From Chrysomallon squamiferum (Eukaryota > Animalia > Mollusca): a DNA stretch of 64,000 nucleotides. A model generated the notes under the pieces. It worked only from the letters and a program-made list of their open reading frames with translations, searched no databases and had not been told where the DNA came from. Of this stretch, positions 28,819 through 40,945 are shown one piece after another (the stretch's first letter is position 1; every line of letters begins with the position of its first letter). Position numbers and translations under genes: made by a program. The stretch lies in contig CM022670.1 in the NCBI GenBank assembly GCA_012295275.1, positions 8,184,001 through 8,248,000 of the forward strand. Direction: 5' to 3'.

Positions 28819-29839
28819 CGCTCATTATATGCTTAATTATTTTTCTTTGTTACTCTACATCTTCTTCTTCTTGTTCTTGTTCTTGTTCTTGTTCTTGTTC
28901 TTCTTATTATTATTATATTCCGTAATCTTTTTGTAAAAGAGATATTAAATTACTATATTAGACAGAAACTCGTATTCTTTGGTAAGTTACCTGATAATCT
29001 TACATCTCGTTCTCAAAAATTAGACGTAACATAAATTATTACTATTCTATCAAATTTTTACTTTCTATTCTCTAAGGAAATATATAACGCAACATATGGG
29101 CACATACATAAATACTGATATTTAGGATATAAAAACGTTACTAAATAATTTCGTTTTCAAAGATTTTTAAAATTGAATTAAAATACATTTTTATACAATG
29201 GAGATAACTAAAAGACTACAGTTATATATAACTTTTTCTGTCTGTCTGACATTTATGTCTGCCTTTCTATTCTAAAAAAAACTAGAGACTATAGATCAAA
29301 TTAAGGCAGGAAAAGAATTCAGTTATTAAAGTTTCACTCAACGTACATGAAATACACCGTACGCAAAATAGAAACAGTTTAACTATGTGAATGCAGATTA
29401 TACTGTTATGCAAAATAAAAATAAATAACAGTAATAATAACACTGTGATATATATAAAACATTTCTCAGACGTAAGATTAGGTACTGTAAATTATGCAGT
29501 TTGATTTTGGATTGTCTTACATCATATAATGGGAGACCGATTAGGAAAAAACTCAATTCTGTTTGTTAAATGATTAAGAAAAATAAAATACTTTAAGCTG
29601 CGTTTATTATTATTATTATTATTATTAATGTTTTTAATTAAAGAAACTAAAACACGCTATTTTCATACTGATGAAGATGACTCTGACTGCTTTATGTAAC
29701 AGTCGTGTGAATTTAACTAAAACTCGTTTGTTTTTGAGGTAGACTATTTTGCAAAATGAAGAGATTTATATTTAACTTCAACACTTTTTGTTACTGTTAA
29801 GTGTCAGACACCGATATTTTGTATTACTGAGATAAAAAA

Positions 29840-30070
29840 ACAGAGAAAACCCCACTGATGCCAGTCAGTCTGCTACTGGTATCTGTTACCAGGGTAAGAT
29901 TTTTACATGTACACTTTCGCCATTCAATTAGCTGTCTTTGATAAACCTCTGCGGGTTCACTGACTAGAACGGTAAATGCCCGGATGTGAACAACACCAAA
30001 GTATTTTTTCCTATGACAAATAACACTTCAACCCAGCAGTCTATTACTGGACTACATCCCGCTCTGCGAT
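29840..30070 (-). mobile_element. Degraded tRNA-derived SINE-like fragment
   Basis: gaaaaccccactg...ttttacatgtacact...ctagaacgg...ctattactggactacatcccgctc; the reverse complement begins with an A-box-like head (gagcgggatgtagtccagtaatag). Related pieces occur at ~30270-30345 and ~63830-63960. Resemblance to a gastropod SINE family is from recollection only. Confidence 0.5.
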
Positions 30071-32451
30071 TCGATCTCATGACTCTCTGATTACACAATT
30101 ATCATAATTAATTAGATTATTGACCCTATAACACAAGCAGATTAAAGTGATATTTATTATTAAGTACCTAAAGACTGTTTTTGACGATAATAATTCAAAG
30201 TTAGTCTTGTTATTTGGCAAAAATAGAATATTTGGTGATGGCATCTTTGAACTATAATATTATTACCATTTAACAGCAAGGCATCTTTTTTTTTTTTTTT
30301 AAATTACTTTCTCAAGGATTGAATAACACATACCATGACACCTACGCTCAACCATAAATTATAATTTCAGCCGGTATTTATATATTGCTTCATGTACACA
30401 GCATACCGTTTAAGGTATGCATCCGTCTTCCATCGTCTAGTTCTAAAATACGATCATTGCTCAGTTATATTAGAAAATATAAAAGGAAAGTTTACATTCA
30501 GTTGATTTATTTCGACATTAAAACTTGCGGAAGCAAGAGGAACGAATCGAAACGAAACATCTCTCGTTTAAACGGTAATAAATCACGTAGAAGAATTTCA
30601 ACCATTTCCTTGCATGCCGATGTTCACCGAGTGATGTCGTCACGTCTGTTTCGTGCTGTTTTAATTACTGGCGTTGTGGTCGTAACTGTTTGGTGACTGA
30701 GTGGTCACCAAGTGCACAGTAACTGTCCGGTTTCATGTTCTAGGTGTTAGTGGACGCAGAGAAGGTCCGGTCAAAGCGATCTGGTTTTGTAGTGGTTTGT
30801 ATTTCTGAATAAAAGACGTAGAATGATAATTACACACATACCAGAAATCAAACACTAACATAAATAAAATTAAATGCAATTAAATCAAACAAAGCATATA
30901 AAGAAAAATAAAAGAAAATAAAATATAGATTCTGTAATAAAGAATAAATTCCAAAAAAAAAAAAAAAAAAAAAAAAATAGGAAGATTAGATTAAGTATGA
31001 AAAATCAAAATTGAAATGCATACAAATGATTCTATTTAAGATTTAGAAATACCAGTTAAATACTCCTACTTCTAATAAAAATATAAAATACAAATAAAAT
31101 GCAAAATGTAAATAAAAATGAAATAAAAAAAAAAAAACCACCAAAATATAAAATATAAATAACGTAAATAAAATTTTAAATACAGTAAAATAAAAAAATA
31201 ACAATAAAAATATAAATAAAGATATATAAAAATAAAATAATATAAATAATATTATAACAAAAATATAAATAAATGAAACTAAAACAAAAGAAAAGTTTAC
31301 AAGTATTTTAACGCCGAATATAAAAGTCACCTGGATGAAATCAACACGGAGGTAAAAACCCACGTGACCTCTCAAGTGTGTGCTTTGATATTAACATATC
31401 GATGTTTATCCCCATTGTTTACTAAATATTGTTTTGTCCGTTCTGTCGTCAAGAACTCGCAATGGTCAAAGCGGATATAAAATGAAGGAAGTATTAAGTA
31501 ATGTAAATGTTTGGTGGACGCACGGTCAGTTCAAAGTTTTCCAGTACAAAAAATATTTTGTTTGTAAAGAAGGAAGGAGTTATGATGGCATAAAAATGCA
31601 CGATATCAATATTTATGGCTTGACACTTTGCACGGTTTTATTTAGACGCACGATTACGAAGGCAGGGTTCAAATAAATAATTCTGTACAAGAATGATGAA
31701 GTTTGTTTTTGTCTAGGAAAAATGAAGTGGCTTTGGATTTGATCATGTAGTCGAATGAAACGATTTAATAGTATGATTAATGATATAGAATGATGATGAA
31801 CTGTTATATGTTAATTATGATATAAAGTGAACTCATTTCGGCTACACATGTTAAATACATTTGACTCTGCCTCTCCGTTTCCCTCTTTGTATGTTATTAA
31901 CTGTATATGAATATGTATGTTTTGTTTGCGTGAGAATGTTTAATAATTACAATACTTTAAGATTTTCAACGGTTTTGTAATTCTTCATGTTATCTCTATA
32001 AGATGTAAATTTTGTTGGTTTATTTATTTATTTATTTATTTAAACAGTAACATTTTATACTTCATACTTTACGTGCTTTTTCAAGATTGAAATGATTCAA
32101 AATGTCTATCTCAGGAATCTACACAATGGTCAAAGCCATCTGAAGGAATGATTACAAACGTTTTACTAATTTCATAATTTGTCAAGGCAGACTACCTTAA
32201 GATTTTATCACGTTAGGACAACAAAATTTATGATAGAAGAAATTATTTCAAACACAGTATGGAATTAAAACGATTCATTCTCTATATAACGATCTCGTTT
32301 CTTTATATATTTTTTTAACCAGGTAAAGAGATTTTGAAGAAATCCATATTTATACGACACATCAAAGAGACCATTTTTTGAAGACATGCTCTGCATCGTT
32401 TAACAACAAAGACAAACACAATATAAAAACTGCAGTCATTTTGGTGTAAAC

Positions 32452-35142
32452 ATGGATGTCATGACTTGCTCCCTTCTTCTGTTTGCTGTTTTGATCTTTC
32501 CTGCCTCCGCTGTCAAGACGCAACGTTCCGAGTTCCTGAAGAACAGAAGAACGTGTTGGTGGGATCGATCCCCGATGGGATCCACTTAACGTCCATCTTG
32601 GCGCTCGAAACTATGAACACGTTGACGTACAGTTTCCTCACTCACGGATATCCAGACAGTCGCTTCTTTAGCCTCAACAATTCCACTGGCGAGCTGCGAA
32701 CCGCTGTACCTGTGGACAGAGAGAAGGTGTGCGGGTTTCAGATCGAGTGCGTCTTAGTAATACAGGTGGCGATTCAGTCTTCCAGTGACCAGTACTTTAA
32801 GAAAATTAAACTGCACGTCGTTGTTGAGGACGTCAACGACAACTCGCCAGAATTTCCAGCATCACCCGTGACTCTGCAGATATCTGAAGACGTCTCGCAG
32901 AATACGTCGTACGCCATCGATGGCGCCATTGACAGAGATATTGGAAAGAACGGCTTGCAGGACTACGAGCTTGCGACGGACGGCGGACCGTTTGTTTTGA
33001 ACATCAGCAAACGCCTGGACGGTGGTCAGATGGTCAGTCTGATTGTGGGAAACAGTTTGGACAGAGAAAAGAGAAGTTATTACACGCTCAGAATTAAGGC
33101 CAGAGACGGAGGGCAGCCTCAGCGGACAGGGGAATTAACTCTGGATGTCGTCGTGGTAGACGTCAATGACAACAGCCCGCAATTCACACCGTCGTCTTAC
33201 AACGTCAGCGTCAACGAAACGATTCCGCTTTATTCCATCATTTTGACGGTTTCTGCGACGGACGCCGACGACGAAGAAAACGGCGTCGATTTTTACAGAT
33301 TCAGTTCCATGAAGGTGGGCGACTTCGAGAAGTATGTTTCCATAAACAACAGGACCGGGGAAATTTTTGTCATTTCTGACCTGGAGCCAGTTCAGGGTGA
33401 GAGGTTTACGTTTGTCGTGGAGTGCGTGGACAAAGGCTCTCCTCCTCTTGTTTCGCAAGCTCTGGTCGAGTTGCAGGTGGACGATTCCGTAAACAGTCCT
33501 CCACGAATCAACTTCAACCTCTTGTCCTCGGGCCAGGTGTCCGAGTACGCTCTTCCTGGCACAGTGGTCGCCCACGTTGCCGTGCACGACCCAGACTACG
33601 GCGAGAACGGGATGATAAAATGTTTTATGATCAGCAACACGTTCGAGCTGGACGCTCTGGGTGTGAACGAGTACAAGGTAAACCTGATGAGGACAGTGGA
33701 CAGGGAGATAGAGAGTGAGGTCAACGTGTCCATCACCTGTGAGGACAGTGGAGACCCTCCTCTGAAAACCTCCACTGACTTCTCCATCAAAATACGTGAT
33801 GAAAATGACCACACGCCTTATTTTCTTCAAGATATCTACACAGCTTATCTAGATGAAAATGTAAAAGATGTCGTTGTTACGCAGGTGACGGCACAGGACG
33901 ATGACGTAGGTGAGAATGGAGAAATTGAATATTTTATCCCCTTTGACTGGCAGATTGGACTGACTGCTCTGCCAAATGGGGAGATTGTCTGTAACAAAGC
34001 ATTCGATCGAGAGGCGACGCCAAAAATCGCGTTGACCGTGGTTGCCAGAGATAAAGGGACGCCGTCGCGAAACCACAGCACTACGGTGATAATAACAATC
34101 AACGACGTCAACGATGTCACCCCAGCGTTCTACAAACAGGAGTTTTCGTTCAGTATACCCGAGAATCAGCCGGTGGGGACGACGTTTGGCAGTGTGGTCG
34201 CTTTTGACTTGGATCTGAGAGACGGCGGAGAGTTGAAGTACTTTCTGGAAGAAGATGAGGACTTCGATATAGACGTGACATACGATGGACTGCTAAAAAC
34301 ACGAGTTTCGTTAGACAGAGAGGTTAAAGACAGCTATCGCTTCAGGGTTTGGGTTGCTGACGGTGGGAAACCCACTCTCAGCAGCTCTGCTATCGTCCGT
34401 TAACGTCACGGACAGGAACGACAACTACCCCGTCATCAGATTTCCCGATCTTGTAAATTCGTCATTGATAATTCCCCACGACACGCCTGCCGGCACTGTT
34501 GTCATGGAGGTGGAAGTACAAGATGATGATGCTGACGGAAACGGATTGTGTCAGTTCTATATGCTGCCACACGACGACAACGATGACTACAACGTCGCTG
34601 ACGAAAACGACAACCAGGCCGCTGTCCTCAAAGTTCTGTCCATGTTTGACATCCACAGAGACAGCGGTGAAATGACACTGAAACAGTCTTTGAAGAAAGA
34701 AGACGTTGGTCATTACACCGTTACAGTTCTAGTCCGAGACCAAGGGATGCCTCCGCTGATGTCGAACCTTACCCTCGACATCCACGTCGTCCTGTCTAAC
34801 CACACGTCCGGAGTGATGAACAAAGAAAACGCCGTCGTCGTGGCCGTTGTTGGCAGCCTCACGGGAGTGGTATCTGTGATCGTTGTTATTACTATTGTCC
34901 TGATGAGAAGGCGAGACAGACTGAAACAGAAGTACTCTGCGCCGAGCATCGTGTCACATCCGGCTCCGAGCGACCTGAAGCCCGTGGGAAGTCTAGAAAC
35001 TCACGAAGAAGAAAACAGACGAAACACGAAGAGTGGCGAAGATTCGGACTCGAGGAACAGATCGTATGACGCACTTAGAGAACTCACGGAATCACACGAC
35101 AAGCACAATGACGATGCTTCGTTTAAAGATGGCATCGATCTG
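32452..35142 (+). CDS. Pcdh: Pcdh-A giant ectodomain/TM exon (acceptor probably 32323), two frameshifts
   Basis: ORFs 32466-34403 and 34354-35157 are consecutive cadherin-repeat segments. The signal peptide at 32452 is out of frame with the first of them. Confidence 0.92.
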
Positions 35143-35176
35143 GTACGTAGTTCTTGATTATATTTTGAATAATAAC

Positions 35177-35208
<32 letters not shown>

Positions 35209-36517
35209 GTAGTAGTAGTAGTAGTAGTAGTAGCAGTAGTAGTAAGAGTAGTAGTAGTAATAATAATGATGATAATGTTGGAGATGATGATGATGGTTTT
35301 TTTAATGATACAATGATGATGCTGATGATAATAATAGTAATAATGATGATGATGATGATGATAACAGTAATAATTATGTTGATAACCATAATCACAAAAT
35401 CAAACCAAGTACATCAAGTTGACCATGTTCAAAATGAAGTTTTTATAAAAGTAACAAGAAATGTAATTTATTTTGTAATTAAAAATGTAAAGAATTTTGA
35501 AATGGTCAAACACTTTAGACCCCTACTGGATCCGTGATCCTGATATCTTCGCGTCAAATTAGTTTTTAATTAGTTTTGTTTCTGTTATCTGTGACATCTG
35601 AAAATAATTACTGTATTTGAAGATAAATTATGTCTTTATCAGTATAGCAGTCAACATCGACATCATGATTTTCACAACCATTAACATCTTTTTTTTTTCA
35701 TTATGATGATTCAGAATTTATAATCATCATCGTCGTCATCGTTGTAATCGTCAATGATAATTATCATCATCATCAGTACAAATCTGTCAGCATTATTCTT
35801 TTCTTCATATATTATTTCAACTTCTTGTTTATTTTTTTTTTTTCTGTATATAATAAATTTATATAATATACAACTTCTCAGAATTTTAGTTTTAAGAAAA
35901 ATACAAATAATTGTTTTTCATGTCTATGAAAAGATATAGTTTTAGAATCAATAGCTTATTTCACACGCGGTCAGTGACCTTTGTTAAGTGCAAACACGTG
36001 TGTTAGCACGTGTTACAAAAGTGTTTATTGCACCACGAAATCGATTAAACACATTGCATAATAACATGTCAGGTGTCATTTTATTAAATAACAATAAAAA
36101 TAATTAAAAAATTAAACATGTTTTGGATGATCAACAACAAAACAGTCAAAAGGTAACAACAAAAATTAACAAGAAAAAAAACATAAACACGCGCACAGTT
36201 GGTGGATTGGAAAGGAAACCATATATGTGTGTGTGTGTGTGTGTGGATGATAAAATAATAGAAAACAAAACAAAACAAAAGAAAACGGGGAAAAAACAAA
36301 GCAAACAACAACATTAAAAATAAAAAATAAAAAAAAAAAAATTAAAACATTAGAGTAAAGTGTTAGACAGAACAAACAAACAAACAAACTAAAAGAAACA
36401 AACAAACAAATATAAATAAGTAAATAAATAAATAAATAAGTAAATAAATATTTCTCCAGTTGAAAATATAATTGTGTTGGAACAAACAAATAGGCAGAGT
36501 AAACTTTTATATCTCTC

Positions 36518-36580
<63 letters not shown>

Positions 36581-37400
36581 GATAATGATGATGATAATAA
36601 TAATAATAAAACCTGAAAGACAGACAGAAACGCCGACATTCAGTTAATTATTCAATAAAAATATTTAGTTTAATTTACTTCGGCGACCACCAACCAGCTG
36701 TTGGCATGGTTACGTCACAAAATATAACAACAGAAATAATCACCAGCATCAAAACACTTCGTATTAGGCGCAGAAGTTGTCTCCGAATCAAATAAACGAA
36801 AACAAAAGAACAAAATATACCCGAGGTTATATACAGCGTCGTGCGGATTTCAAACGAAAAATCACCTTGTGAAAATAATCGTTTATTTCTCAAGCACTCT
36901 TGACGACTGCCCGATTCCGAGATGGTTTGTCCCATTACATAACCGGACGCACTTGTTGTTGATCCAAAATAGTATACCGAGAAAAATGAAAGAAAAAATG
37001 TTCATACCGTAGGCATGTTGTTTCAAAGTGTTTTGGAAGAAATATTTTAATTTGGATTCAAATCGTGATACGATTCTGAAGTTCTAGAAAACACATTTTG
37101 TAGCTGATTTTCAGTTATGCTATAATGACATTGGTCTTATTGATAATTAAGATCCTAACGATGAATATAATTATTTAAATTTCTAAAAATTATTTTCTGT
37201 TATCCTTTTCAATGAACAATTCTGTCATGCATAGAGCAGAAATTATTAAAATGTATAATTGCACAAGGACTTTATGATGATCCAGTATGTATATACATGC
37301 ACACACACATACACATACACCCATACATATATACATATATAATATATACACACACATAACTGTATAAATATATTTGTCTGTCTTCCTGTCTGTCTGTCTG

Positions 37401-37444
<44 letters not shown>

Positions 37445-37456
37445 CAAATAAATATA

Positions 37457-37503
<47 letters not shown>

Positions 37504-38494
37504 AGCTGCTATAAATACAGACTGACAGGCTCCTGCTTCTGCTAATACTTACTACTACCACTAACAACGAAAATGATGATGTTGCTTCTGTCGATGATGA
37601 TAATGGTGATGATGATGTTAATAGTAATTACTGAGGTTGACGTAGTTGTGATGTTATCGTAAATACAAAAAATAAAACATTATTTTGTGCTCCGGGCTTC
37701 ATAATTATTTTGGCGACAAATTTTAACTATAATGTTATTGTTACATCTCTTACGTCAAGATGTCTCTCTTTTTTTTTTTTTTTTGTTCATCTCTAATCGC
37801 GGTGTAGATCAAATTCCAATTTAAACAAATCTTCTACATCTATCTCACGGCCTGTCGTTTATAATCTAAGTTTCATACTTACGTTCTCAGATTTTTCAAT
37901 TCTCTGTTAACGATGACGTAATTCGGCGACATTGTTAATGATGTCATTATTGAGTTGTCGGCACGCTGCGATACAGATCTCTGTGGTGACGCGGAATGAC
38001 GTAATAGTCTGTTCGCTTGAGGGATTTTCTCAAACGCAAAAAATTTCAAGGAGTATAATTAGTCCCAGTTGTTAGAAACTGGGTTTAGAGATATGTACAG
38101 ATGTACAGATGGACGAATAAATAAATAAATAAATAAATAAACCCTAAAAGAAAACTTGGAAACTAACATTCTGTAAAAAAACAAACAATAAAAACAAAGA
38201 CCCCCCCAAAATACAAAAAAAAAAAAATCAAATCAAATAAAATCAAACAACAACAACATAACAGCAACAACAAAAATATAATAATATCAATAAAAATAAT
38301 TTTTTCAAAAGTACCTTAACAACAAAACAGGTGTTTTTTTTAAACCAATTTTCTTTCAATAGCGGACATGAGACATTTAGTTTTTTTTTAACACAGTTTT
38401 AAATTTAAACCAGCTTCTTTTTCCAATTCATTTAATATGTCCCTTTAAGGAGACAAAACTGATAAAAATAATAAAAATAATAAATAATAAACAA

Positions 38495-38537
<43 letters not shown>

Positions 38538-39451
38538 ATTAATGAAAGATTAAGAAAAAAATAATGCTGACAGAATTTGTTAAGATATTTACTAAGTAGT
38601 TTTGTATTCATTATTATTATGTATACATTACTTACACGTTACATTCGTAAAAATAATAAGAAACACAACAAAAATGAAAGAAAAAAGAATAATAACAAAA
38701 TAACAAAACAACAACAACAACAACATCAAAAAACAACAAACAAGCAAACAAACAAACAAACATGATATAAACCGAATTTTTGATTTTTAAAAATCTTATT
38801 TCTTAGGACGAGGATCGGAACGAGTCGTCTATCCTATCGGAAGTAGAACGCCATTGGCTGGCGGATGCTAAGACCGTTCCTGATTGGTCAACAGCTTTAA
38901 AACTTCATCAAGATCTACTGAAGTTGCATGGTGTGCAAACCAAGGTAAAAATATGTAAACTGATCTTTTCAGCCGATGTCCAGATTTAAGGGTATAAATA
39001 AGAGAAAAAAAATAAAAAGATATAAAAAAAAGGAAATAAAGAAAGAATAATCCTAATAAAACCTCAGAATACCTTACGTACAAATCTATTGCTATATTAA
39101 ATATTCTCTTTTATTCTGTTATAAAAAAGTGTGACTTCATAAGATGTTTGTTTGTTAACTGAGTGACATTAATAATAATACACATATATATATCCCTTAA
39201 GCGCAAATATACATATATTACTTCTTTCACTTTTATTTATTTGAAACTGTAACAAACCATATTATCTGTATAAAATAAAAGTTCTTGAGAAAACCACATA
39301 AATTAATTAAATGTCTTTCACAAGTGAGTTTACTGACAAAATCTAAGTTTAATTCCATGGAAATGAACGAGAAAAGTATTTTAATATATTAAATCTGTGA
39401 TATTAAAAACAAAAATAATAATTGTGTGTGTGTGTACTGTTACATTTTTTT

Positions 39452-39484
<33 letters not shown>

Positions 39485-39723
39485 ATTATTATTATTACAA
39501 AAATTTATTGAGATTTTGATGAATATTAAATAAGCTGTGTTGTATTTTAGATTCTGCCACAAACTCATTTTGAAGATGGACACAGCGACAGCTCGGAGGA
39601 AGTTGCTACTAGCGACAGCGGTCGAGGCGGAAGCGGAAGTGACGAAGATAGTCATGGGAGAGCATCACCTGACAGTAAGCATGGTAGGTTTATTTATTTT
39701 TTTATGAATAATAATAATAACAA

Positions 39724-39773
<50 letters not shown>

Positions 39774-40945
39774 ATAATAATAATAATAATAACAATAATA
39801 AAGAAGAAGAAGAAAGAAATAAGTAAAAATAAAATTAAATAAAATGATTTTTAGAAATAAAACTGTTTGAACGGAACAACATATTCAACAATTTCTTATT
39901 TATTATTAATTCATTAAAAATATTATGGACATATCATATAACACATACTAGATAACTTTTTATAAAATTTTATAAAATTTCTTCAGAAGACGAATCGAAT
40001 ACTTCTCCAGCGACTTACAACATCATTCAGACTCTGAGAAATAAGTCAGCTAACTACGACAACATGGGGTACGACAGCATGCACGCGACACCGATCAACA
40101 CACGTCGTAAAGCGGAAATTTGGACCATCGACAGTCACGGCAGCGCACATTCGACACCATCCAACAGTTGCCGGAAAGTAGACGTCTGGGAGTTCAACAA
40201 CGACGGCAGCGGCCCACCTACGCCGGCTAACAGTCGTCGAAAAGCCGATGTTTGGGACGTTGAGAGTCACGGCAGTGCTGCGTCAACGCCGCGTAGCTGT
40301 CGTCGTAAAGCGGATACGTGGACGTTCGAAATACGCGGAAGCATTCCTTCCACACCGATTAACGGTTGTCGTAAATCTGACCTTTGGGAGGTGGGCGGTC
40401 AAGCCAGCCCCGCGTCCATACCAAGGAACGGACAACGGAAAACTGATGCGTGGACATTCGAAAGCTATTGCGGTAACCTTTCCAGCCCAGTTAACGGTTG
40501 TCGCAGTTCTGATTCGTGGAAAATGGTGGACAAAACCGGCAGCAGTCCTTCCACCCCGGTTAACGGTTGTCGTAAATCCGATTCGTGGAAAATATGTAAT
40601 ACTGGTAGCAATCCTTCCACCCCGGTTAACGGTTGTCGTAAATCCGATTCGTGGAAAATAAGTAATGCTGGTAGTAATCCTTCCACTCCTGTTAACGGTT
40701 GTCGTAAAAAATGGACGATCAACAACAGCGACGGTTTCAAGAAGAGACTTTCAAACCCGGGTCAGAAACGGGTAACTTTTCAGCCCGAACTTCATCATAC
40801 AGTGTTTAACGCGTATCACGCGAGTTCTGACGTCACTCAAAGCATAGACGATGACGACACAACTACGTCAGGAAGTTATTCGGTTGATGTCGATCATGAC
40901 AGTATTGACACTATGTTGCCAAGGATTCAGGATATGGTTGTCTAA
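32452..40945 (+). CDS. Pcdh: Protocadherin A (delta-like, 7 EC + TM + long cytoplasmic tail, ~1260 aa once two indels are corrected); exons 32452-35142, 39551-39683, 39987-40945
   Basis: Signal peptide MDVMTCSLLLFAVLIFPASA from ATG 32452. EC1 has C-x5-C (REKVCGFQIEC); PE/DRE/DxNDN motifs define 7 repeats; TM AVVVAVVGSLTGVVSVIVVITIVLM followed by RRR. Phase-0 donor ctg|gtacgt. Exon 2 encodes DSGRGGS; exon 3 encodes KRVTF and DDDDTTTSGSY, ending at TAA 40945. Frameshifts at ~32512 and ~34398. Confidence 0.9.
39551..39683 (+). CDS. Pcdh: Pcdh-A cytoplasmic exon with CM1-like DSGRG motif
   Basis: Boundaries ttttag|ATT and catg|gtaggt; encodes ILPQTHFEDGHSDSSEEVATSDSGRGGSGSDEDSHGRASPDSKH; phase 0 in, phase 1 out, matching both neighbours. 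Confidence 0.85.
39987..40945 (+). CDS. Pcdh: Pcdh-A terminal exon: 22-aa repeats, KRVTF, TTTSGSY, C-terminal DMVV
   Basis: Acceptor cttcag|aa is in phase 1 and runs open into ORF 40064-40945. Confidence 0.85.
40070..40730 (+). repeat. Coding tandem repeat, 66-bp/22-aa unit, ~10 copies
   Basis: ttccac(c/t)cc-gttaacggttgtcgtaaa recurs at 40549, 40615 and 40681 (period 66); protein consensus GSxxSTPxNGCRKxDxW. Confidence 0.92.

Noticed and set aside
33135-35074. Antisense and alternate-frame ORFs over Pcdh-A (likewise 40046-40740 and 60848-63240)
   Set aside because: Shadow ORFs of GC-richer coding sequence with no recognisable motifs.
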